Shown here one piece after another: positions 8,529 through 17,530 of a DNA stretch of 25,085 nt. Below the pieces are notes generated by a model. That model was not told the origin of the DNA, made no database searches, and saw only the letters and a program-made list of their open reading frames with translations. Both the position numbers and the translations under genes were made by a program. Positions within the stretch are counted from its first letter, which is position 1. Every line of letters starts with the position of its first letter. The stretch lies in the IMG/VR virus record IMGVR_UViG_2778261692_000009, positions 1 through 25,085 of that record, one strand, 5' to 3'. The DNA is from a virus (Duplodnaviria > Heunggongvirae > Uroviricota > Caudoviricetes).

Positions 8529-9179
8529 TCAGCGGCTGTCATTGCGCAGTCTGCGCTCCAGCTGCTGTTTGTCTTTTTTCACGCCACAGCGGGGATCGAG
8601 CTGTAACGCATGGTTGAGATGATTAAGAGCGGAAGCCGGATTACTTTCACTCAGGACAGCGCCAATCGCTTTATGCAGACGCGCCCGTGACTGGTCCGGC
8701 ATATCCAGACCGTCTGTCAGCTCCAGCGTCTGCAGCAACAGATCTGCATCAAAGCCGGTGGCAGCAAGCATTGCGCTCTGCGCCGCGTCTGCCATTTCCT
8801 CTGCCAGCACGGTCTGCACGTTGCGGTTACCCAGCGGCATCACCCAGCCATGACGCAGGGCATGACGCCCGATCTCCAGCGCCCCGGCATAATCTCCGGC
8901 ATCAATGCGCCACAGCATCACGTACATCAGCACGTCATCCTGTTGAGCGCCTCCGGCAGCCAGGACACCCTCCGCCCAGGCGGCGTATTTCGGCAGCAAC
9001 TCCACCTTGATTTCCGCTTTTTTGACCGTGGACTGAACGCCCTTGAGACGGCGGCGGTCTTCCGCCAGTTGCAGCAGCATCAGGTCATAGCCCGACGCGT
9101 GGCGAACGCTGCCGCCCTCGCGGGCGGCCTGTTCAGCCTGAACGCGCAGGCGATGCTGCCGTGCGGGACTCAGGCTCAT
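8529..9179 (-). CDS. M: terminase endonuclease (small) subunit (P2 gpM-like)
   Basis: 216 aa in the gpM position between L and N; basic N-terminus and alanine-rich helical body. Confidence 0.75.
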   Translation of the reverse strand: MSLSPARQHRLRVQAEQAAREGGSVRHASGYDLMLLQLAEDRRRLKGVQSTVKKAEIKVELLPKYAAWAEGVLAAGGAQQDDVLMYVMLWRIDAGDYAGALEIGRHALRHGWVMPLGNRNVQTVLAEEMADAAQSAMLAATGFDADLLLQTLELTDGLDMPDQSRARLHKAIGAVLSESNPASALNHLNHALQLDPRCGVKKDKQQLERRLRNDSR

Positions 9180-9182
9180 GGG

Positions 9183-10241
9183 TTACGCTCCGGCTTCTGC
9201 TGCAGCGGCGCTGAAATCGCCAATCTGGATGTTTTCCACCAGTGCGGCGCAGCGGTAGTCCTCAACCACATAGGCTTCGTTAACGGATTCAAAGTTTTCA
9301 ATCCGGTCACGTTTCGGGTTGTCGATAACTGAACGGCGACGGGTGTCTTCCTGCCAGTAGATGGACAGGTTATCCAGACGGGTGATCAGCAGCGCATTCG
9401 GCGGGAAGAACGGCGCACGCACGGCCTGCAGGCCACCCATGCGTTTCTGGCTGATGATCATATCGGCAGCCAGTTTTTCACTGTTCTCCTGCTCTTTGTT
9501 GACCAGCGGGAAATACTTGTCAGACAACAGTTCACGACCGCAAATCACCACCAGATCGTCATCGTCCTGGTAGACCACGTCGATAAGCTCATTGACGGCA
9601 TCCATCACCACGGCGTCCAGGTTGGCATATTCTCCACCTTTCCCGACTTTCACCGCACCCGGTGTGGTTTCACCGCCCGTGGTGGTGCTGCCCATGACGT
9701 GATCCGGTGCATCCTCACGGATTTTCTGCAACCAGCCTTTGTTCACATCCTGCAGCAGCGGGTTTTCGCTACGGTTGGAGGTTTTCGCACGCTTCACGCC
9801 GTTAAAGCCGATCATGATGCGGTCCAGTGCCTGACGTTTCACGATGGCGTCACGGATGCGCACCTGGAAATCCTGAAACTTCGCCCACAGATCCAGCTTC
9901 GCGTAGGTCAGCACCGTGTCAAAGTTGGTCTGCTCGCATTTGTATTCCACATCGACCATCAGCGTCGGATCGACAGGCTCACGCTCTTTCGCGGTGGTAT
10001 CAGTGGTTCCGGCAATGGTGCTGCCAACACCCAGCCCCAGCAGCTGACCAGACTGCTCGGTCACTGGCGTGACGTTAATCAGCGTCAGGAAAGCGGCGGA
10101 TTGCTGGATCTGGTCTTCCAGCGTCTGCTGCACAGACGGCTCCATGGTGAACTTGCTGGACAGCTCTTCAACTGCCACACCGTTCAGACGCGCCAGCTGC
10201 TGCAGGTAAGCGTTAAAAGCAAAGCGGGTATTCTTCTTCAT
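9183..10241 (-). CDS. N: major capsid protein (P2 gpN-like)
   Basis: 352 aa (P2 gpN is about 357 aa); position between scaffold and small terminase. Confidence 0.88.
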   Translation of the reverse strand: MKKNTRFAFNAYLQQLARLNGVAVEELSSKFTMEPSVQQTLEDQIQQSAAFLTLINVTPVTEQSGQLLGLGVGSTIAGTTDTTAKEREPVDPTLMVDVEYKCEQTNFDTVLTYAKLDLWAKFQDFQVRIRDAIVKRQALDRIMIGFNGVKRAKTSNRSENPLLQDVNKGWLQKIREDAPDHVMGSTTTGGETTPGAVKVGKGGEYANLDAVVMDAVNELIDVVYQDDDDLVVICGRELLSDKYFPLVNKEQENSEKLAADMIISQKRMGGLQAVRAPFFPPNALLITRLDNLSIYWQEDTRRRSVIDNPKRDRIENFESVNEAYVVEDYRCAALVENIQIGDFSAAAAEAGA

Positions 10242-10257
10242 CAGGTTTTGTGCTCCA

Positions 10258-11091
10258 TCAGCAATTGGTCAGAGTGTCAGCGGGGGCGTTACCGCCTGTT
10301 GCACGCTGGCGGTAGTCCTGGCGGCTGTCTTCATGACTCAGCTTATTCACCAGTTCGTTAAAGGCGGTCTGCTGTGCCTGCAGGGCAGTCTCCAGCTCAG
10401 ACAGACGTTCTTCCTGCTCAGACAGGGATTTTTCGGTGCGTGCGCTCAGGTTCTGCTGCTCAGTGGCGACCAGCTCCACGGCCTTATGCACATCAGAGAA
10501 CCGGGCGTCATCGGACTGCTCTTTTTTGGTAAACAGCGCCGTGACACGGGCAAACAGGGACGGTTTGTCATCCTGGATTTCTTCCAGTTCGATCACCGTT
10601 TCCTCTGCAGCGGTAAAAAGATTGGCGGGATTCTGCTTGCGGTTTGCCAGCGGGTTATGGGCTGCACTGGCGCTGAATGTCAGCATTTCCGTACCCAGAC
10701 TGGCGGGATCATCAGTGGCAGCCAGGCCGACCAGATAGGCTTTGCCCGTATCAGCAAACTTCGGGCTGACTTCCATAGATGTGAATAATTTCTGGCCTTT
10801 TTTCACCAGCTCCACCAGAGATTCCGTTGGCTCAACGTCGGCATACAGCGCCATCTTGCCTGCCAGCGGACCTTCCGTGATTTCTTCAGCAAACAGCGCC
10901 GTCACCTTGCCGTAGCGGTTAAAGGTGCTGTCCGGCAGATAAGACTTGATGTGCTCAAGATTAATCAGCGCGGTATACACCGCCGGGTTGTAGCTGGCTG
11001 CCATCTGTTCCAGCCATTCACGCTGGATTTCGCGTCCGTCGGTGGTGGCACCTTCCACCCCGATGCGAAAACGCTTTGCTTTCACTGTCAT
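10258..11091 (-). CDS. O: capsid scaffolding protein (P2 gpO-like)
   Basis: 277 aa; N-terminus MTVKAKRFRIGVEGATTDGREI... and coiled-coil C-terminus; divergent from P across the late promoter region. Confidence 0.85.
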   Translation of the reverse strand: MTVKAKRFRIGVEGATTDGREIQREWLEQMAASYNPAVYTALINLEHIKSYLPDSTFNRYGKVTALFAEEITEGPLAGKMALYADVEPTESLVELVKKGQKLFTSMEVSPKFADTGKAYLVGLAATDDPASLGTEMLTFSASAAHNPLANRKQNPANLFTAAEETVIELEEIQDDKPSLFARVTALFTKKEQSDDARFSDVHKAVELVATEQQNLSARTEKSLSEQEERLSELETALQAQQTAFNELVNKLSHEDSRQDYRQRATGGNAPADTLTNC

Positions 11092-11169
11092 GAGCCGTGC
11101 TCCGTTAGAAAAAACTTACAGGAGCCTTATGGTTGCGGTGATGGGGGCAGTGAAACAATGCGCGGTATT

Positions 11170-11187
11170 TGTACCGACAACCACACA
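11170..11187. promoter_or_regulatory. TGT-N12-ACA dyad, candidate late-activator binding site in the O/P divergent late promoter region
   Basis: tgtaccgacaaccacaca, centred about 55 bp upstream of the P start codon, the same spacing as the V dyad to the V start codon. Confidence 0.45.
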
Positions 11188-11233
11188 AACCGCAGGCGGG
11201 GAAAGCCTTCATTCAAGGCTGTAGGTTTGTGCC

Positions 11234-13000
11234 ATGAACACCACACTGACACCCGCAGATCTCGATCCCCGTCGGCAGGCCATGCTGCTGTACTTTCAGG
11301 GATACCGCGTCGCCCGCATTGCTGAAATGCTGGGCGAGAAAGTTGCAACCGTTCACAGCTGGAAAAAACGCGACAAGTGGGGTGACTATGGGCCGCTGGA
11401 TCAGATGCAGCTCACCACCGCCGCACGCTACTGCCAGCTCATTATGAAGGAGCACAAAGAAGGGAAAGATTTCAAAGAGATTGACCTGCTGGCGCGCCAG
11501 TCGGAACGCCACGCGCGGATCGGCAAGTTTAACAATGGCGGCAACGAAGCCGATTTAAACCCTAACGTCGCCAACCGCAACAAAGGCCCACGCCGTCAGC
11601 CGGAAAAGAACGTTTTCACCGATGAACAGATTGAGAAGCTGGAAGAAATTTTCCATTCCTCCATGTTCAACTACCAGCGCCACTGGTGGGAAGCCGGAAA
11701 AACCAACCGCATCCGCAACCTGCTGAAGTCACGCCAGATCGGCGCGACCTTTTACTTTGCCCGTGAAGCCCTGATTGACGCTCTGCTTACCGGACGTAAC
11801 CAGATTTTTCTTTCCGCCAGCAAGGCACAGGCCCACGTCTTTAAGCAGTACATCATCGACTTCGCCAAAGAAGTGGATGTGGAGCTGAAAGGCGATCCGA
11901 TGGTGCTTCCTAACGGGGCCACGCTTTACTTCCTCGGCACCAATGCCCGCACTGCCCAGAGTTATCACGGCAACCTGTATCTGGATGAATATTTCTGGAT
12001 ACCGAAATTCCAGGAGCTGCGCAAAGTGGCTTCCGGTATGGCTATTCACAAAAAATGGCGACAAACCTATTTTTCCACGCCATCCAGCCTGACCCACAGT
12101 GCTTATCCGTTCTGGTCCGGTGTGCTGTTCAACCGTGGGCGTAACAAAGCCGACAAGGTGGACATCGACCTGTCCCACAGCAATCTTGCCCCCGGCCTGC
12201 TGTGCGCAGACGGGCAGTACCGCCAGATAGTCACAGTGGAAGATGCGGTGCGCGGTGGCTGTAACCTGTTCGACCTCGACCAGTTGCGCATGGAGTACAG
12301 CCCGGACGAATACCAGAACCTGCTGATGTGTGAGTTCGTGGACGATCTAGCGTCCGTATTCCCACTCAGCGAACTACAGGCGTGCATGGTGGACAGCTGG
12401 GAAGTCTGGACCGACTTTCATGCACTGGCCCTGCGCCCGTTTGGCTGGCGCGAAGTATGGATCGGTTATGACCCGGCGAAAGGTACGCAGAACGGCGACA
12501 GCGCCGGATGCGTGGTGGTGGCGCCGCCAGCCGTGCCAGGTGGTAAGTTCCGCATTCTTGAGCGTCACCAGTGGCGCGGGATGGACTTCCGCGCCCAGGC
12601 TGACGCCATCAAAAAACTGACCGAACAGTACAACGTGACCTATATCGGCATCGACTCAACCGGCGTTGGTCACGGGGTTTACGAGAACGTGAAAGCGTTT
12701 TTTCCTGCCGTCCGGGAGTTTGTCTACAACCCCAACGTTAAAAACGCCCTGGTACTCAAGGCCTACGACATTATCAGCCACCGCCGTCTTGAGTTTGACG
12801 CCGGGCACACCGACATTGCGCAGTCATTCATGGCAATCCGTCGCGCCACCACCGCCAGCGGCAACCGCCCGACCTATGAAGCCAGCCGCAGCGAAGAAGC
12901 CAGCCATGCCGATCTGGCCTGGGCAACAATGCACGCACTGTTTAACGAACCACTGCAGGGCGAGTCCGCCAATACCAGCAATATTGTGGAGATTTTTTGA
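11234..13000 (+). CDS. P: terminase ATPase (large) subunit (P2 gpP-like)
   Basis: 588 aa (P2 gpP about 590 aa); start-stop overlap (ATGA) with the portal gene. Confidence 0.93.
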   Translation: MNTTLTPADLDPRRQAMLLYFQGYRVARIAEMLGEKVATVHSWKKRDKWGDYGPLDQMQLTTAARYCQLIMKEHKEGKDFKEIDLLARQSERHARIGKFNNGGNEADLNPNVANRNKGPRRQPEKNVFTDEQIEKLEEIFHSSMFNYQRHWWEAGKTNRIRNLLKSRQIGATFYFAREALIDALLTGRNQIFLSASKAQAHVFKQYIIDFAKEVDVELKGDPMVLPNGATLYFLGTNARTAQSYHGNLYLDEYFWIPKFQELRKVASGMAIHKKWRQTYFSTPSSLTHSAYPFWSGVLFNRGRNKADKVDIDLSHSNLAPGLLCADGQYRQIVTVEDAVRGGCNLFDLDQLRMEYSPDEYQNLLMCEFVDDLASVFPLSELQACMVDSWEVWTDFHALALRPFGWREVWIGYDPAKGTQNGDSAGCVVVAPPAVPGGKFRILERHQWRGMDFRAQADAIKKLTEQYNVTYIGIDSTGVGHGVYENVKAFFPAVREFVYNPNVKNALVLKAYDIISHRRLEFDAGHTDIAQSFMAIRRATTASGNRPTYEASRSEEASHADLAWATMHALFNEPLQGESANTSNIVEIF

Positions 13001-14028
13001 TGGGAAAGAGTAAGAAGAACCGCGCTGCGGCGACGAAACAGATCCAGCATAAAAACCAGACTTCAGCCGAAGCATTCAGCTTCGGTGATCCCGTTCCTGT
13101 TCTGGACCGCCGCGAACTGCTGGACTATGTGGAATGCGTACAGATGGACCGTTGGTATGAGCCACCAGTGAGTTTCGACGGCCTGGCGCGAACCTTCCGC
13201 GCCGCCGTACACCACAGCTCACCGATTGCAGTAAAGTGCAACATTCTGACCAGCACCTATATCCCTCACCCGTTGCTCAGCCAGCAGGCTTTTTCACGTT
13301 TTGTGCAGGACTATCTGGTATTTGGTAACGCCTACCTGGAGAAACGCACGAACCGCTTCGGTGAAATTATCGCCCTTGAGCCTGCTCTGGCAAAATACAC
13401 CCGACGCGGGTTAGACCTGGATACCTACTGGTTTGTGCAATACGGTATGACAACCCAGCCGTATCAGTTCACGAAAGGCAGCATCTTTCATCTGATGGAA
13501 CCGGACATCAACCAGGAGATCTACGGCCTGCCTGGCTATCTTTCTGCTATTCCATCCGCTCTGCTCAACGAGTCCGCCACGCTGTTCCGCCGTAAGTATT
13601 ACATCAATGGCAGCCATGCAGGCTTCATCATGTACATGACCGATGCCGCGCAGAACCAGGAAGATGTGAACAATCTCCGTAACGCGATGAAAAGCGCCAA
13701 AGGTCCGGGTAACTTCCGCAATCTGTTTATGTACTCACCTAATGGTAAAAAAGACGGACTTCAGATTATCCCATTGTCAGAAGTCGCAGCGAAGGATGAA
13801 TTTCTGAACATCAAGAACGTCAGCCGTGATGACATGATGGCGGCGCACCGTGTACCGCCTCAGATGATGGGGATTATGCCTAATAATGTCGGGGGGTTTG
13901 GGGATGTGGAGAAGGCGAGTAAAGTGTTTGTTCGTAATGAACTTCTTCCTCTACAAAAGAAAATAATTGAAATTAACAATTGGATAGATAATGAGGTCAT
14001 AAAATTCGAATTTTATGACCTCATGTAA
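12997..14028 (+). CDS. Q: portal protein (P2 gpQ-like)
   Basis: 343 aa (P2 gpQ about 344 aa); the last roughly 100 nt of the gene are AT-rich and end in a perfect palindrome. Confidence 0.93.
   Translation: MMGKSKKNRAAATKQIQHKNQTSAEAFSFGDPVPVLDRRELLDYVECVQMDRWYEPPVSFDGLARTFRAAVHHSSPIAVKCNILTSTYIPHPLLSQQAFSRFVQDYLVFGNAYLEKRTNRFGEIIALEPALAKYTRRGLDLDTYWFVQYGMTTQPYQFTKGSIFHLMEPDINQEIYGLPGYLSAIPSALLNESATLFRRKYYINGSHAGFIMYMTDAAQNQEDVNNLRNAMKSAKGPGNFRNLFMYSPNGKKDGLQIIPLSEVAAKDEFLNIKNVSRDDMMAAHRVPPQMMGIMPNNVGGFGDVEKASKVFVRNELLPLQKKIIEINNWIDNEVIKFEFYDLM
13991..14024. repeat. 34-bp perfect palindrome inside the 3' end of Q
   Basis: atgaggtcataaaattcgaattttatgacctcat is its own reverse complement (verified base by base); it encodes the last residues of Q (EVIKFEFYDLM). 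Confidence 0.9.
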
Positions 14029-14044
14029 CTGAATAAATATAATC

Positions 14045-14073
14045 AGGTAATGACTAAGCTGAAGTCATTACCT
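14045..14073. terminator. stem-loop (11-bp stem, 7-nt loop) between convergent Q and OLD-like genes; candidate terminator
   Basis: aggtaatgact-aagctga-agtcattacct; the minus-strand side is followed by a U-rich tract, and the stem overlaps the OLD-like stop codon. Confidence 0.4.
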
Positions 14074-15994
14074 CTCTAATCTCACTAATCCACTCTGGAA
14101 CACTATTTTCTTCCGCCATTAATTCAACATATCTTTTTGCGAATAAAAACTTATTATTTCCATCATCAAAAAATCTATTTATGGCATTTTTTTCACTAAC
14201 TCTGAGATCAAGAGCTGAGTAAGATTCCAGATTATCACTTGGAGCATCAATATTATTAATGAAACTTAAATAATCGTAATCACCAGCAAATGACAATAAG
14301 GTCTGGTAATAGATTTTTGCGTTCAAAACATCCTCTATCTCAGTTGCAGGCGATACCGGATTTGAGTCTATCTTAACTAAGATCGCCCTGTTTTTAGACG
14401 AATCATAAACAAATCTTTTACAATGTAATCTTTGATATGTTCCGACGTCATATCTGACCAACTGGCTATCAGTATCAGCTAACAAATATATATTTCCGGT
14501 AATCTCCCCTTCGACATCCTTATAGCAGGCAGAGAGATAGTTATATATTTTTTTAATTTCCGACGCCCCCCCAACAGGTACAATACGAAGATTATGATTC
14601 TTTATCAAATCCTTAAAATATGCTGAAAGATAAATTCTTTCCGATGAACCCTCACAAATCAACCAATTATATGGTTTCTCACCTGTTGCACTAGATAATA
14701 ATGACTGAGTAAAATCATTCATACTTTTAATTCTAATATCAAATGGTAACTTTCCCCTACTATCTCGAACAAGTTGTTTTATTTCTTCCCGGTAAGATGC
14801 TAAATTGATCAGATCAAAAAGATGCTCATTATTTTTTTTAGTTATTATTGTAACAGTTCCCTTTTCCAAGGTGGGGAGAAAACCATACCAATGAGAGGAA
14901 AACAATAGTTGCCTACATCCTAAACTTAGTTCTGATAACGCTTGAAATTGTTCAAAACAAGCAGACATGTGCAATGAAGACTCAGGCTCATCTATGGCTA
15001 TGATTAAATTATCACTATTACTTCTATGCTTTGTCAGCAATGCATGCGCAACATCAATAATAGCCTTCTGCTTTTCCCCCGAACTCAAATTACTAATTTC
15101 TAAAAAATGCTCGCCATTGTGGGTTTTATGTAATTTTCTGACGTTAAAAAACGCTTGTATAATTAAGTTATAGACTTCTTTTTTTTGAATTCTTTTTTGC
15201 CTATCCGAAGGCGTTCTATACGTATAGTTAACTAGCTTCGTTGAGATATCTTCAAGAAATCCGCTTAGTTCTCTGTTGATTTCTCCAATTTTTGACTCAC
15301 CAACTATTCTATCAAGAATTTCATGCAGCGATTCACCCATCAATACTTGAGTTCCAATACTCTCAAGCTTAGTAAAAACCTCAGTATCAATCTCTTTTGG
15401 TATATATAAATATTCTAACTTACCAGTGATATAATCAAATAAAACTTGAAAATGTTTAGCTAACTCTATACCTTCACTTAACTTGAATCCGGCACCAAAT
15501 ATATCTTTTTCCATTATAGTAGATAGACTTCTACCTGCTAAAACAGATAATGACATATTATTATTATGAAGGCGTCCAATAGGAATAATTAACTGCCCTT
15601 GCATATCATTTCGTGCAAAAAGTCTATCACGATGACTTATAAAATTTTCAAGAATAGTTTTTGTTTGTGAGTTTGTAGCATCCTCTAAGCTAACTTCCCT
15701 AGCTAAAGCATCTAGCGTTTTTGCAAAAGGGAGTGTCTCAGAATCAAAAAAATCCTCCTCCAATATAAAAACCGGTACAATATGTGGGCTGGTTTTTTCT
15801 ATGCCGCTCTTTTTGACAGCTGTATTATAATTCCACTCTTTAGCATTAAATATTACATCCAATGCCTCAAGTATTGAGCTTTTCCCTATCCCATTATTTC
15901 CTAAGAAACCGCTAAAATTTGGAGCGTCTGTCAAAGGAATATAATTTATGCCTTGATATGTTTTGACGTTACGGATAAACAACCCGGCTATCAT
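14054..15994 (-). CDS. OLD-family nuclease-like protein (N-terminal ABC/AAA ATPase plus C-terminal TOPRIM)
   Basis: Walker A GNNGIGKSS; signature-like SSGEKQ; Walker B LIIAIDEPESSLH; C-terminal LICEGSSE...IVPVGGASE...YLLADTDSQ collinear with recalled P2 Old TOPRIM motifs (LLVEGKTE...IVAVDGKG...ILADCDF). Likely start is Met29 at 15994 (MIAGLFIRNVKTYQ, AAGGTAGG ribosome-binding site); ORF track extends to 16078. AT-rich. Confidence 0.8.
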   Translation of the reverse strand: MIAGLFIRNVKTYQGINYIPLTDAPNFSGFLGNNGIGKSSILEALDVIFNAKEWNYNTAVKKSGIEKTSPHIVPVFILEEDFFDSETLPFAKTLDALAREVSLEDATNSQTKTILENFISHRDRLFARNDMQGQLIIPIGRLHNNNMSLSVLAGRSLSTIMEKDIFGAGFKLSEGIELAKHFQVLFDYITGKLEYLYIPKEIDTEVFTKLESIGTQVLMGESLHEILDRIVGESKIGEINRELSGFLEDISTKLVNYTYRTPSDRQKRIQKKEVYNLIIQAFFNVRKLHKTHNGEHFLEISNLSSGEKQKAIIDVAHALLTKHRSNSDNLIIAIDEPESSLHMSACFEQFQALSELSLGCRQLLFSSHWYGFLPTLEKGTVTIITKKNNEHLFDLINLASYREEIKQLVRDSRGKLPFDIRIKSMNDFTQSLLSSATGEKPYNWLICEGSSERIYLSAYFKDLIKNHNLRIVPVGGASEIKKIYNYLSACYKDVEGEITGNIYLLADTDSQLVRYDVGTYQRLHCKRFVYDSSKNRAILVKIDSNPVSPATEIEDVLNAKIYYQTLLSFAGDYDYLSFINNIDAPSDNLESYSALDLRVSEKNAINRFFDDGNNKFLFAKRYVELMAEENSVPEWISEIREVMTSA

Positions 15995-16084
15995 ATCTAT
16001 ACCTACCTTGGAATTAAAGAATGCTTTAGCACTTTGAAAACTTGCTGCAAATGATAACAGCATCGACATGGTTTGCAACGCGCG

Positions 16085-16103
16085 CTCGTATCCCCGCCAC
16101 GCC
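16085..16103 (-). other. candidate cos cohesive-end sequence
   Basis: Minus strand reads GGCGTGGCGGGGATACGAG; the first 13 nt match the cos 19-mer as I recall it for phage 186 (GGCGTGGCGGGGAAAGCAT) and reading onward leads toward Q, as at the P2 left end. From memory, not verified. Confidence 0.45.
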
Positions 16104-16489
16104 TGCCCGCTTTATGTAGTGGTTTTCATGCACTTGCATGACATAAACAAAAGCCCGCCATTCCTGGCGGGCCTCAGCTAAAACGATCCTCAAACGATCA
16201 TGCGAATTCATGCGGCATAGACATGCATTGTTGCTTTATCGATCTTTTCTTACTTCAAGTGAGTCCTTATGGCCTCCTGTCCACCTTGCGCTGCGCGTTC
16301 CCCCTGCCTCCCTTTGTCATAACTTAGATTTAATTCTCATAAATCAAGAGGTACTACACAAAGTACTAACTCACAATATTCAATAAACAGCCAATAATGA
16401 GCATAATACTAACTTGACTACTCCATAAAAAAATACGTAAACTACATTCATCAATAGTATTTCTCTAAAAAAGACGGGGTCACAATTCA

Positions 16490-17020
16490 ATGGCTACTAC
16501 CAACTGTATTACTGTACTTACTGCTCGTGGTTTAACAGAGATTTTGAACACAGGGGGAAGCCAAGCATGGAGACTTGACGCCAGCCATGCAGCTAAGCAC
16601 GAATATTTAGTTTGTGTACAAAATTCGAGAAAGGACTGGGGATCACAAGAAGCAAAACATCATCATGCTTTTATGATCGGTCGAATCTCGGGAGTAAGCA
16701 GGGCTCCAGAAAACCCTAAACGCTGGATCATAAACATCAATTCTTATGCTGAAATTGACATCCCAGGACAATGGGATGGCAATCGGAATCCCGTATCTTA
16801 TCGCAACCTCAAAGACATTGGCATTGAGGCTGACAAGTTGGAATTTAAAGCTCTTCCAAAATTAACCCCGACTAATTCGATTGTCGATCAAGCGGGTGAT
16901 GAGTACGAAGAAGAAGAAGAAAATGTAGTTAAGCCGTTAACACTTCAGGAGGCAAAAGCAGGGCTAGCCCTATACTTTGGTGTTAATGAAGAAAATATTC
17001 AAATAACTATACAAGGTTAA
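16490..17020 (+). CDS. hypothetical protein (176 aa, acidic C-terminal tract)
   Basis: ORF preceded by about 390 bp of AT-rich non-coding DNA; contains DEYEEEEEN; no family recognised; opposite strand to neighbouring phage genes. Confidence 0.5.
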   Translation: MATTNCITVLTARGLTEILNTGGSQAWRLDASHAAKHEYLVCVQNSRKDWGSQEAKHHHAFMIGRISGVSRAPENPKRWIININSYAEIDIPGQWDGNRNPVSYRNLKDIGIEADKLEFKALPKLTPTNSIVDQAGDEYEEEEENVVKPLTLQEAKAGLALYFGVNEENIQITIQG

Positions 17021-17241
17021 GGCTTTTAAACCGGCATAAGTGGCCATTACTTTTCGTTCGAAGTGGCGCTTCCGGTCTAACAAGCATCTAATAGGATTTT
17101 CGTATCTATCACAAATCCCAAAAGGTAATTTGCAGCCCATCATACGTAGCAAAACTAACGTTCGGTTAAATCTGAGCGGAAGTGAAAATAATGGTTACTG
17201 TATTTTACCCCATGACTAATGCCCCACTAAACTAGTTGTTC

Positions 17242-17284
17242 AACGTTGCTGACGTCAGAAGCAAGTTCAGACGCCAGCAACGTT
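17242..17284. terminator. imperfect inverted repeat just downstream of the DinI-like gene; possible terminator
   Basis: aacgttgctg (17242-17251) pairs with cagcaacgtt (17275-17284) around a 23-nt loop; the stem extends by 3 bp with one mismatch (17-nt loop); a TTTCTT tract follows on the plus strand. Confidence 0.25.
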
Positions 17285-17286
17285 TC

Positions 17287-17520
17287 TTAATGCAGCCAGC
17301 TGTCGTCTTCCCACACCTTCTGCATAATTTTCATCACTTGTTTTCTTTCTTCGTCCAGTTGCAGTCCGGTCAGTTCCACACCATTAGAGCTACCTTTACG
17401 GATACGAATTACCGCTTTGGGATACAGGGGGCGCAGATTGCGGTAAAGCTCGGATTCAAGGGCGTCCAGAGTAGACTGGCTAATTTTCTGCTCTTTATCG
17501 ATCATTATTTCAATGCGCAT
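17287..17520 (-). CDS. DinI-family protein, Tum-like SOS-induced antirepressor candidate
   Basis: From the internal Met at 17520 (MRIEIMIDKEQKISQSTLDALESELYRNL...VWEDDSWLH) the protein resembles E. coli DinI (MRIEVTIAK...ALAGELSRR...TWESADDWF); GAGGTGG ribosome-binding site upstream; downstream of a LexA box. Confidence 0.8.
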   Translation of the reverse strand: MRIEIMIDKEQKISQSTLDALESELYRNLRPLYPKAVIRIRKGSSNGVELTGLQLDEERKQVMKIMQKVWEDDSWLH

Positions 17521-17530
17521 AAAAGCCACC

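Noticed and set aside
9699-10788. Plus-strand ORFs (9699..10361, 9827..10072, 10333..10788, 10436..10738) antisense to capsid and scaffold genes
   Set aside because: Shadow ORFs opposite confidently called N and O genes; no independent coding signal.
11192-11207. aggcggggaaagc in the O/P intergenic region, a 13-nt identity to the cos 19-mer as I recall it
   Set aside because: The position between the divergent O and P late promoters is incompatible with a packaging site, and my recollection of the cos 19-mer is unverified. It may be coincidence or a regulatory element; the site near 16085-16103 fits genome organisation better.
16026-16211. 61-aa minus-strand ORF spanning the candidate cos region
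   Set aside because: Overlaps the OLD-like 5' extension and the cos-like sequence, has no ribosome-binding site, and lies in a region better explained as non-coding packaging/promoter DNA.
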